Below are positions 42,577 through 51,297 of a stretch of DNA of 61,963 nt, piece by piece; position 1 is the first letter of the stretch, and each line of letters opens with the position of its first letter. The stretch is from positions 1 to 61,963 of the IMG/VR virus record IMGVR_UViG_3300018080_000189; one strand, written 5' to 3'. Both the position numbers and the translations under genes were made by a program. Under the pieces are notes generated by a model. It worked only from the letters and a program-made list of their open reading frames with translations. It was not told where the DNA came from and searched no databases. The DNA is from a virus (lineage: Duplodnaviria; Caudoviricetes).

Positions 42577-45186
42577 TTACTCCGGGGGGCTCGTAGATGT
42601 TGTCGTCATTGCTGTCGTTGTCGTTGTCGTTGTTGTTGTTGTTGTCGTTGTAGTAGTCACTACAGGACAACCATCTACAAACTTTAAATCATCCATGTAG
42701 ATTAAACCGCCCGATGGCGTAGATGTCATTCGTATCTTTACGAGTTTTGGGTTGTCTGATCGTGTAGAGAAATCCCAAGAATCTAACATTACCCAGGAAG
42801 AATAGTAATAATACACTTTTATGGTTGATCCGTCTCGAACTAACCTAAATCGTGATGGTGTTCCGCCTATCGTGTCTCCGGTCTCGCCTTGTGCTACGCC
42901 ATCTATAGTAGCATTAGCGGATACCTTAGCACCATCATTTACACGATATGATATATAAGCGGAGTCTGTATTACCTACTCCGTTAGTAGTTTCTATACTG
43001 AATGCTATAACAGTCCCTAGAGTTGACGCCTCTGAATAGTAAGAGTCCATGTCTATTCTAATATCAAAATCGCCACTGGGCACTTTGTAATCATAGTAAC
43101 AATTAGATCCACCAGTATCACCATTAGGAACTTCCAATTTTAATTTATTCCCAAATATAGTCGCTGTTCCATCATCTATCTCTTCCACATCCCAAGCGTC
43201 TAATGATTCAAACCCTTCATCCCATTCACACAGTGCTGTAGTAGTAGTAGTTGACGAGGACGATGAGGCGGTAGTGGAGGTAGAGGAGGTAGATGAAGTT
43301 GACGATGATGAGGTAGTGGATAGAGTCGAGGTAGTAGAGTCGGTAGATGATGTGGTGGATGTCGTTGATGCTGTTGATGATGTTGATGTAGAGGTTGACG
43401 AAGATGATGTTGTAGAAAGCGTAGAGGTTGTCGATTCGGTTGTAGATATCGTAGAAGCAGTCGAGGATGTTGTTGATGCGGTAGAGGATGAAGTAGTAGT
43501 GGATGAAGTAGATGAAGATGAAGAAGTTGTAGTTAATGTTGATGTTGTGGTCGATGTAGTCGTCCATACTACGTCTTCTCCTGTCGGACACCCATCTACA
43601 AATACTAAGTTGTCGTAAGAAACAAACCCACCACGGTTATTTTGATCGTATACGTAGAAGTGTATGCTTTTCAGATTAGTGGCTCTGCCACCAAAATCGT
43701 CGCTACGTATTAAATTCCAAGACCCAGAATGCTCGTAATACAGATAGACTACTGTGCCGGTACGGACTATTCTAAATCCTGTTATTACTGTCGCCAGCCC
43801 TACCTCAGTCGTAGTCTGATTCACACTGTTTATCGTGTTCCTACCATATACTCTGAATGGATTAGCGTCGTTGGTATGTCTGAGGCGTAATCTGCACCAG
43901 TCTGTCCAATAGTCACCAATGCCGCCACCGACTCTAAACTCTACATGAAATCCGTCTGTTGAGTTGTAATATGTGTAGCCATTTATGTCCACCCTAATGT
44001 CAAAATCGCCTGAGTCTATAGCATACACATAAGTTGCTAATATATAGGTGTCGGCTGAGTCTGGCAAAGATAGCCTTAGTCTTTCCGATGTTATGGTTGC
44101 GGTTTCGCCAGAACCCCCAGAGTATATGTCCAGTAAATTCAGACTTGAATCGTCACTGAACATCTCGTTATACAAACACCAATAAGTAGACGTAGTTGTT
44201 GTGGACGATAGTGTAGAGGAAGAGGTTGTAGTGAGGGTAGTAGAGAGGGTGGACGCGGTTGAGGAGGTTGTGGTGAAGGTGGTGGTAGAGGTTGAGGATG
44301 TGTGCGTGGTAGAGGTTGTGGAGAGTGTGGATAAGGTCGAAGTAGTGGATAGTGTTGAGGATGAGGTAGAGGTAGTTGAGGATGAGGTAGAGGTAGAGGT
44401 AGTTGAAAGCGTAGAAGAAGAAGTGGAAATGGTGGAAGCTGTAGAGGAGGTTGAAGAAGAAGTGGAAATGGTGGAAGCTGTAGAGGAGGTTGAAGAGGAT
44501 GTAGTAGTGGTAGAGATAGTGGATGCAGTTGACGAAGTTGAAGAAGACATAGTAGTGGTAGAGCTAGTGGATACTGTAGAGGAGGTTGAAGATGAAGTGG
44601 TGGTAGTGGAGCTAGTGGATGCAGTTGATGAAGTCGATGAAGATGTGGATGCAGTGGACGAGGTTGAGGATGTGGTCGTCATTGTGGTAGATAGAGTAGT
44701 GGAGACAGTAGATGCTGTAGATGATGTAGAGGTAGTAGATGACGTAGAGGAGGATGTAGAAGAGGAAGAAGAAGAAGTGGAGGTAAAGGTAGTGGAAGTT
44801 GATGTTGAGACTGTAGAGGATGTCGTAGATGTGGAAGAGGAGGTAGATGAAGTAGTAGATGAGGCAGTAGATGAGGTAGTAGATGATAAGGTAGTAGATG
44901 AAGTCGTGGTAGATGACGATGTAGAGGTTGAGGTCGAAGACGACGATGTGGAGAGCGTAGACGAAGTAGAAGCGGTAGATGATGTTGAGCTTGAACTACT
45001 AGAAGTCGAGAATGTAGATGAAGTGGTCGATGACGTGGAGTTCGTGGATGACGTGGTGGTGTGGCCCATTAACTCAAATATTTGCTCGATTGTGCATCTA
45101 TAGGTCTTGTCGCCCCGAACTACTAATAGTTGGTCAGGCCAATGTAGTATTGGTGCTGAATCGTATTGTGATATTTTTCTTGACAT
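42577..45186 (-). CDS. Mucin-like Ser/Thr-rich fibre protein with two lectin-like domains
   Basis: N-cap paralogous to 30217-32226; S/T tracts of about 290 and 110 aa. Confidence 0.8.
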   Translation of the reverse strand: MSRKISQYDSAPILHWPDQLLVVRGDKTYRCTIEQIFELMGHTTTSSTNSTSSTTSSTFSTSSSSSSTSSTASTSSTLSTSSSSTSTSTSSSTTTSSTTLSSTTSSTASSTTSSTSSSTSTTSSTVSTSTSTTFTSTSSSSSSTSSSTSSTTSTSSTASTVSTTLSTTMTTTSSTSSTASTSSSTSSTASTSSTTTTSSSTSSTVSTSSTTTMSSSTSSTASTISTTTTSSSTSSTASTISTSSSTSSTASTISTSSSTLSTTSTSTSSSTTSTSSSTLSTTSTLSTLSTTSTTHTSSTSTTTFTTTSSTASTLSTTLTTTSSSTLSSTTTTSTYWCLYNEMFSDDSSLNLLDIYSGGSGETATITSERLRLSLPDSADTYILATYVYAIDSGDFDIRVDINGYTYYNSTDGFHVEFRVGGGIGDYWTDWCRLRLRHTNDANPFRVYGRNTINSVNQTTTEVGLATVITGFRIVRTGTVVYLYYEHSGSWNLIRSDDFGGRATNLKSIHFYVYDQNNRGGFVSYDNLVFVDGCPTGEDVVWTTTSTTTSTLTTTSSSSSTSSTTTSSSTASTTSSTASTISTTESTTSTLSTTSSSSTSTSTSSTASTTSTTSSTDSTTSTLSTTSSSSTSSTSSTSTTASSSSSTTTTTALCEWDEGFESLDAWDVEEIDDGTATIFGNKLKLEVPNGDTGGSNCYYDYKVPSGDFDIRIDMDSYYSEASTLGTVIAFSIETTNGVGNTDSAYISYRVNDGAKVSANATIDGVAQGETGDTIGGTPSRFRLVRDGSTIKVYYYYSSWVMLDSWDFSTRSDNPKLVKIRMTSTPSGGLIYMDDLKFVDGCPVVTTTTTTTTTTTTTTTAMTTTSTSPPE
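44414..44491. repeat. 39-bp tandem duplication inside an S/T tract
   Basis: GAAGAAGAAGTGGAAATGGTGGAAGCTGTAGAGGAGGTT twice. Confidence 0.85.
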
Positions 45187-45196
45187 TATCTCCTCG

Positions 45197-47701
45197 TTAT
45201 GGTGGAGGGGTTGACGTTGTTGTGCAGGTTGAAGTGGTACTAGTGGAAGATGAGGTAGTGGTTGTACTCCAGGTGGAGGCTGTAGATGAGGTTGAGGAAG
45301 AGGATGAGGTACTGGTAGTGGTAGTGGTAGACGCTGTAGATGAGGTTGTAGTCAGAGTGGACGAGGTTGTTGAGGAAGACGACGATGTACTAGTAGTCAC
45401 TGCGGTAATTTCAAGCACATGAGTCTGTAGATTATATCCTACTTGCCATACGATGAATGCGATAGCCTCCTCGTCAGTCATGGTAATATGAGACGCGCCT
45501 GGTGATGATATGACGGTGTATGGTGCGAGATAGGGTGATATGGTCGGCGTGAATAGCCCGGTATCGGCTTTGTATTCTCGCTCTACTATGTTGCCTGATG
45601 CTGCCTTCCATACTAAATGGAAGTGATAATAAGCGTGCTCACCTAAAGCGACAAACGTATCACCAGCTGTGTTGCTCAGGAGATGTTCCGCTGACCAGAC
45701 TTGACCTGGGCCTGCTGGGCGGGTTCGCAATGCTGCTTTACGGTCTGAGTTTATGTATATTAGCAGTGTCTCGCCGGTGTTCAGTACATTAGTGGCCTTA
45801 AGATTACTACCTGGGTATAGAGATACGTCAGCGGCAGTGGCTATTGATTGGGTTGCTTCCCAGTCGTCGCCACCTGCTGGGTTATTATCTGTCCCGTCTC
45901 TGTAAGCTGATTTGAGATCTGTGTACCCCTCACGCCAGACAGCTACCAGAGAGCCTACCGTTCCGGCATCGCCACGACGTATTGTAGAGCAGCATAAGTT
46001 GGATATGCCAGTTGCGAGTGTTTTAGCTGGATTGGCGGTGGTTGGGAGTGTATTACTGGCTGTTGATCTACGGACAAATAAATCGTAATCTTCGGTGGCG
46101 GTTACGTATAGAGAAGCAGAGACATTAATCTGATCTCCACCGCCGTCTTTAGCGATGTCTACGCGCTGATATGAACCGCCATCAGCTGATCCATCGAATA
46201 TTAGCGTGGAGGAATCCCATGAAAAGTTAGTAGCTGGGTAACCAGTGCTTTCGCGACCCAAACAGTCATCACCACTTTGATATACTACAAATGCGACTGT
46301 AGAATCTCCTATCAAGGAAAAATCACGAGATACGCCAGTATCGGTAATACGGGCAGAAGAGTTTTCTGTCCAGTCGTCAGGGTCGATAGTGAGACGGGCT
46401 TGGGTAGAATAGTCAAAACAAATAGCGGGTATTGACTCGTTATAATAAGATCGCCAGTAGCGGGTACCGTCAGACCAGATCTTAAGCTGAGTTGAATAGC
46501 CTGTCATAGATTCAGGTTGAATAGTGGTAGTGGTTGAGGATGAGATAGTGGTTGAGGAGGTAGTAGTGGAAGATGTTGTCGAGAGTGTGGAGGCTGTAGA
46601 TGAGGTTGAGGAAGAGGATGAGGTTGTAGTCGTAGAGGATGATGTAGTGGATGTAGTGGATGTAGTGGATGTAGTGGATGTAGACGTAGTTGAGAGTGTG
46701 GAAGCTGTGGATGAGGTTGAAGATGATGAGGATGAGGATGAGGTGGTAGTTGATAGTGTGGAGGCTGTAGAGGACGAAGATGAGGATGAAGAGGTAGTAG
46801 TCGAGGATGTAGATAATGTACTGGATGATGAGGTTGTAGTCGTAGAGGATGATGAAGATGATGTAGTTGTAGACAGTGAGGTTGTAGTCGTAGAGGATGA
46901 TGAAGTTGATGAAGTTGAGGACGTAGATGAAGATGAAGAAGTCGTAGTACTGGCCGTACTTGACGATGACGACGATGACGATGAGGATGAAGAAGTCGTA
47001 GTGGTAGTGGATGACGAACTACACGTAGAGGATGTAGAAGTGGAAGACGATGAGGTAGTTGTCGATGACGTTGTAGTGGATGTAGAAGAAGTGGAGGTTG
47101 TAGTAGACGATGAGCTGGTTGTGGACGAGCTTGAGCTGGTAGACGTAGACGTAGTAGAGGAGCTGGAGGATGTTGAGGATGTAGAGAACGTCGTAGTGGT
47201 AGTGGACGATGACGATGACGTGGTAGTGGAAGACGTAGTGGTCGAGGACGAGCTGGTTGTGGATAGTGTCGAACACGTACTTGATGATGACGACGATGAC
47301 GTGGTAGTGGATGACGATGATGTAGTTGTGGTCGTAGTCATTGACGTGGTTGTAGTTGTGTTTAGGCTCGCTATGGCCATGTATTTGATCCAGGTGCGCT
47401 TGCCGGGTATTGGGGATTCTAATACAAAACTACCCTCGCTAGGAACTACTACACGATCCCCTCTGGCGACTGTGTAACCAGTAGGCAGATCCTCAGGTCG
47501 GAATTTCACCACCTTATTTGTCGTGACTACGTATCCTTCATAGCCGCCTGGGACTTGAGCGTACTCTTGAGTGACCCGTACAGTGATTGAGAATGACGAG
47601 ACGGAGGGGTCTAGTGGTATATAAGTCGCAGATACGCCGAGGTTATCCATTATGTCTTCAGATGCTTGAGATAGTATGTCGAGTATATCGTCAGCTGCCA
47701 T
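45197..47701 (-). CDS. Head-closure (FII-like) domain fused to a Ser/Thr tract and a beta-propeller-like domain
   Basis: N-terminal ~110 aa GVSATY.P...ITV...RGDRV; ~280-aa S/T tract; ~370-aa beta-rich domain; TPPP end; neck-gene position. Confidence 0.6.
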   Translation of the reverse strand: MAADDILDILSQASEDIMDNLGVSATYIPLDPSVSSFSITVRVTQEYAQVPGGYEGYVVTTNKVVKFRPEDLPTGYTVARGDRVVVPSEGSFVLESPIPGKRTWIKYMAIASLNTTTTTSMTTTTTTSSSSTTTSSSSSSSTCSTLSTTSSSSTTTSSTTTSSSSSTTTTTFSTSSTSSSSSTTSTSTSSSSSTTSSSSTTTSTSSTSTTTSSTTTSSSSTSTSSTCSSSSTTTTTSSSSSSSSSSSSTASTTTSSSSSTSSTSSTSSSSTTTTSLSTTTSSSSSSTTTTSSSSTLSTSSTTTSSSSSSSSTASTLSTTTSSSSSSSSTSSTASTLSTTSTSTTSTTSTTSTTSSSTTTTSSSSSTSSTASTLSTTSSTTTSSTTISSSTTTTIQPESMTGYSTQLKIWSDGTRYWRSYYNESIPAICFDYSTQARLTIDPDDWTENSSARITDTGVSRDFSLIGDSTVAFVVYQSGDDCLGRESTGYPATNFSWDSSTLIFDGSADGGSYQRVDIAKDGGGDQINVSASLYVTATEDYDLFVRRSTASNTLPTTANPAKTLATGISNLCCSTIRRGDAGTVGSLVAVWREGYTDLKSAYRDGTDNNPAGGDDWEATQSIATAADVSLYPGSNLKATNVLNTGETLLIYINSDRKAALRTRPAGPGQVWSAEHLLSNTAGDTFVALGEHAYYHFHLVWKAASGNIVEREYKADTGLFTPTISPYLAPYTVISSPGASHITMTDEEAIAFIVWQVGYNLQTHVLEITAVTTSTSSSSSTTSSTLTTTSSTASTTTTTSTSSSSSTSSTASTWSTTTTSSSTSTTSTCTTTSTPPP

Positions 47702-47704
47702 GTA

Positions 47705-48130
47705 TTACTCCGAAGGGTTCCAACCGGTTAGAGGCGTGATGTGCATAGAGAGTATCGCGCCCTGGCCAGCTTCTATTATACGTTGCTCTTTCATATAGCC
47801 GTCAAGAGCTGCCTGAAGAGTGGCTTCCTGCGCCATGATAGCGGTGTGGAGGTTTTCGCCTGCAATGAACTTAAAGTCAATATCCTCGGTGAAGAGGATA
47901 GTAGATTCGTATTTGTCGGTGTACTCTACGTCTACAGGACCAGGGGCGTATGCTGTGTATTTTTTGTAGTATTGGGTTTCGGTATAGGTGATGCGGAGGG
48001 TTATTGTAAAGCAGTCGGTGGTGTTTTCTGATACGTTGTGTATAGTGACCTCGGTGGCGTAGGAGGGGGCGCCTTCAGCGAACCAGGTGTTGAATTCCTG
48101 GCCAAATATGTATATTCTACCGTCTTCCAT
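47705..48130 (-). CDS. Hypothetical virion-module protein
   Basis: ORF in the structural operon. Confidence 0.55.
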   Translation of the reverse strand: MEDGRIYIFGQEFNTWFAEGAPSYATEVTIHNVSENTTDCFTITLRITYTETQYYKKYTAYAPGPVDVEYTDKYESTILFTEDIDFKFIAGENLHTAIMAQEATLQAALDGYMKEQRIIEAGQGAILSMHITPLTGWNPSE

Positions 48131-48140
48131 TTTGTATTAC

Positions 48141-48770
48141 CTATTTGTTGTATTTTAATATATAGTCGATTTGATGAGTCAGCTCACGTTCTAGGCGTTT
48201 AGAGCCATACTCCAGGACGCGATTCATTACAGGAGTATTGCTCAACACGTCTGGTACGCGAGAACTGAATAGTTGTTTTATCTTGCGGCCAGCGGGACCC
48301 TTTGCGCCTGGGTTTTTGCGAACGAATATACCACGGTGGCCGGATTTTAGTTTGGGAATAAACGCATGAGCAAGTTGGTGTCGGCCACGGCCCTTCTGGA
48401 CAGTCACGTAGATTTTCTTGGCGTAGCGTTTACGATTACCACGTTGATTAGAGTATTCGATAAGTGGGACATTGGGGCCTTGGGTAGATACGAGCCCGCC
48501 GGGCTTAGCCACAGTTGCGCGTTTTATGTTGAATGTTCGGGTAGTGCGTCGGCCTGTTTGCTTATATATGTAACGGCGCTGGAGGTTAGTCGTGGCGCGG
48601 ATCTCGTCAGAGATAGATTTACGCATACCACCGGACTTTAACCCCAGGGTATTGTTAATGGCCCTAGAGAGGGCGCGATTAGCTGCACGCCCTCCCATAG
48701 AGTGCATTAAGCGGTTTAGGTCGCGGAGTTGCGCTTCCGATATGTGAATACTGAATGACGAGCTAGGCAT
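48141..48770 (-). CDS. Lambda gpZ-like tail completion protein
   Basis: Basic; ALSRAIN, AFI......GIF.R; start moved to MPSS after the GAGGTG RBS. Confidence 0.75.
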   Translation of the reverse strand: MPSSSFSIHISEAQLRDLNRLMHSMGGRAANRALSRAINNTLGLKSGGMRKSISDEIRATTNLQRRYIYKQTGRRTTRTFNIKRATVAKPGGLVSTQGPNVPLIEYSNQRGNRKRYAKKIYVTVQKGRGRHQLAHAFIPKLKSGHRGIFVRKNPGAKGPAGRKIKQLFSSRVPDVLSNTPVMNRVLEYGSKRLERELTHQIDYILKYNK

Positions 48771-48924
48771 ACACCTCGTCGAATACGAATCGGTTATCAG
48801 TATCGAGGATTGGTATACCGTTTTCGTCCAGTATAGGTCCAACACCGGCGTCAGTGATCTCGACAGGCATGAGGTCTTGAGTGCGGAGATCCGCGACGGT
48901 GAGTTGTGAATAATCAATATACAT
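48763..48924 (-). CDS. 53-aa acidic protein missing from the ORF track
   Basis: MYIDYSQLTVADLRTQDLMPVEITDAGVGPILDENGIPILDTDNRFVFDEVYA; AAGGA RBS; fills the gap exactly. Confidence 0.6.
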   Translation of the reverse strand: MYIDYSQLTVADLRTQDLMPVEITDAGVGPILDENGIPILDTDNRFVFDEVYA

Positions 48925-48926
48925 AG

Positions 48927-49259
48927 TTAATAGATTCCTTTATCACCAGTACAGACATAGACTGTATAGGTTTTGTCAGCGTCGAATCCGGTTGGTGTGA
49001 ATTGGAACGACTCGGCAAACCCGTAGAATTGAAACACAGCGGTCGTAGCCAACGCGGTCAGGTCGATAGTCCAAGGCAGGTCTTTATAAGTAGCTGCGCC
49101 TGGAGTCTTTACAGCGACAGTGAGAGTGCCAGCAGCGGGGGTAAGGTTAGTCGTTACCTGGAACTGGTGTAGTTTTGCACAATCAAATTGAGTCAGACTG
49201 ACGGTTTGTGCCCCGTCAGCCTGAGTTTTTGCTAATACTGAAGTTGATTTTATTTGCAT
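48927..49259 (-). CDS. Small beta-rich virion-module protein
   Basis: GGAGGTG RBS; follows the capsid gene. Confidence 0.6.
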   Translation of the reverse strand: MQIKSTSVLAKTQADGAQTVSLTQFDCAKLHQFQVTTNLTPAAGTLTVAVKTPGAATYKDLPWTIDLTALATTAVFQFYGFAESFQFTPTGFDADKTYTVYVCTGDKGIY

Positions 49260-49281
49260 GAGAGGTCCACCTCCGTCAGGA

Positions 49282-50298
49282 TTAGTTAGAGGTATGTATC
49301 TTAACGATTAGTGAAGGTCTCATACACATTGGGAGAGTATTTGATTGGGTATGGATGTCGATTCCGCGATTGAACTTACGTGCTTCTTGTTTTGCGTAGA
49401 GGCGTTTACCTAGGGTGTTGATTGTCTCCAAGAAGTCTGCTGGACAAATGAAATCTTTAAAGACATTCTGTGTGCCTAATGGGTAAGCGATACCCTCATC
49501 AGTATCTAGGAATGGTCTAGCGGTACCGTCAAAATCAGTAGCGGTGCCTCGGTATTCACGGAAGATAAGACCGCCAAACTCGAACCCGTCTCTGAGGTCT
49601 TCACGGAGAGCTGCGCCTTCTCGCCAGCGGTCGTATGCGGCCTTTACGAGAGTGTGGGAGATGAACTTATCCCAGAACGAGGAATCTACTTCTACTCGGA
49701 TGCTAGTCATGGTCTCACCCTGAAGATTATCTTCCACAATGCGTTTTACTGCGACACACTTGGCGAGTATGTCGGTAGAGGCTGTGCCTAAGAGGAAGTC
49801 AACTACCTCTTGTTTTACAGTGAACTCTTGGAAATAGTTATAGATGGCGGTACCATCAGAGTCGTACACTATCCCTTTGAGCGCGCCCATCTTTTGGTAC
49901 TCTTCAGTGATAGCGAATTTAGCTCTGATGTTTTCCAGGTGCTCGTTCATGAGGTTGGCGAGGGTTTCCAACTGAGACTCTGAGCCAAATGCGCGGAGAC
50001 CATCGTACTCCTCAGGGAGGATCACATCGTCTACTGGAATGTGGGGAATGATAAAGGCGCGAGCGTTACGTAAGCCCATTTTGTTTTTCTGGCCAGGTGA
50101 TCCAGGGGGTAGAGTTTTCAGTAAGTTGAGAGTGTTGTTTTTCTTTTCAATCATTATAGTCCGAGATCGGACTGGTTTATCCCTAAATAATCCGGAATTT
50201 CGGATTCTCCCGTAGGTGTTTGGGATTATGTTCAATGCTTCTGATAGTGATATCAGGTTGAAAGCATTGTTGGTTTCAAACGGGTTTAGAATAGGCAT
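49282..50298 (-). CDS. Major capsid protein (lambda gpE family)
   Basis: SLSEALN.IP...GLF; T.EY...GALKG; FEFGG..F.EY; QSN.LP.C.RP. Confidence 0.9.
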   Translation of the reverse strand: MPILNPFETNNAFNLISLSEALNIIPNTYGRIRNSGLFRDKPVRSRTIMIEKKNNTLNLLKTLPPGSPGQKNKMGLRNARAFIIPHIPVDDVILPEEYDGLRAFGSESQLETLANLMNEHLENIRAKFAITEEYQKMGALKGIVYDSDGTAIYNYFQEFTVKQEVVDFLLGTASTDILAKCVAVKRIVEDNLQGETMTSIRVEVDSSFWDKFISHTLVKAAYDRWREGAALREDLRDGFEFGGLIFREYRGTATDFDGTARPFLDTDEGIAYPLGTQNVFKDFICPADFLETINTLGKRLYAKQEARKFNRGIDIHTQSNTLPMCMRPSLIVKIHTSN

Positions 50299-50340
50299 TT
50301 ATAATACTCCTTGTAAATAAGGTTAGTAAGTGAGTTTGAA

Positions 50341-51261
50341 TTACGCCTCGGTACGGACGATGATGCCCTTCTCGGCCAGTTCTGCGTAAGCGACTGCTTT
50401 TTGAGCTGCGGTTGTGCCAGAAGGCCAAGAGAGTTCGGATGCGACGATCTCGGCATCGCGTACTATAGCGACACCTGGGATATCAGCTGCGGCTACAGCG
50501 CTTGAGTCACCACCGATAGTGGCGCAGTTGGTATTGCCACCGACATTGAGGTTTTCGGACTGAAGAGCGCCATTACGGTCATCGAGAGTGAATGTACCCG
50601 CTGCGTCGCCGCCTGCCCAGGTACCTGAAGAGAGTGTTATTGATACGACACGAGCAGTTGAGCCTGAGGTCGCGCCTGTGATTGTATCACCAGCTTCGAT
50701 CTCGTAGGTACCGCCAGAGGTGAATGCGAGTGTGCGGTTGCCAGATGCAGATGCGTCATAGGCGTCGTAGGAGAGACCCGCGGCCTTTGCGGAGCCGTCT
50801 ACGCCCGAGAAGTTGATTTCCCGGTATTGAAGTCCGCCGACTGGTACGGTTACGGTGAATACGTCGCCAACTACGAAATCGGTTGAGCCGTCGTTAATGG
50901 TGAAGTTGAGTTGGTCACTGGTATAGGCGACTCCCACAGCTGCGGCTGGGAGTGCCTCACCATCGGGACCCTTAACTGAGAATGATCCGAGATTGGTATC
51001 TGCACTAATACAAGTGAGAGTGTAGACCCCGACTTTGACGAATTTGCCGCCAGTAACACCGGTTACGGTTCCGTTTCCGGTATTACCACCATCTGCGGTC
51101 CCAGTTGTTGGGACGGTACCGACCTCTACTTTTCCTAGTACGTGTCCCACAGATAGTTCCTGGCCAGCCAGGATAGTAACCTGCTCTCTGGAGTGGTGTA
51201 GTTCTTGTTCCCATTTGAGGATAGCCCCAAGGGTGTATGATTGGGTGTAGTCATTAGGCAT
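50341..51261 (-). CDS. Head decoration protein with two inserted domains
   Basis: SREQVTI..G...G.VLGK and DGS..AAG...AIVRDAE...L.W...L...GI; 306 aa. Confidence 0.8.
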   Translation of the reverse strand: MPNDYTQSYTLGAILKWEQELHHSREQVTILAGQELSVGHVLGKVEVGTVPTTGTADGGNTGNGTVTGVTGGKFVKVGVYTLTCISADTNLGSFSVKGPDGEALPAAAVGVAYTSDQLNFTINDGSTDFVVGDVFTVTVPVGGLQYREINFSGVDGSAKAAGLSYDAYDASASGNRTLAFTSGGTYEIEAGDTITGATSGSTARVVSITLSSGTWAGGDAAGTFTLDDRNGALQSENLNVGGNTNCATIGGDSSAVAAADIPGVAIVRDAEIVASELSWPSGTTAAQKAVAYAELAEKGIIVRTEA

Positions 51262-51297
51262 TGGTATTGTCCTTTCGTATTAGTTATGGTATTATGA

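Noticed and set aside
30137-47477. Long plus-strand V/D/E-rich ORFs (e.g. 31184-32122, 44201-45103, 46524-47477)
   Set aside because: Antisense shadows: the reverse complement of TCN/ACN runs reads GAN/GTN without stops. They coincide with the S/T tracts and oppose the operon direction.
30217-47701. Diversity-generating retroelement or invertase shuffling of the repeated lectin-like domains
   Set aside because: No reverse transcriptase or recombinase seen, and the copies are diverged throughout rather than only at adenines.
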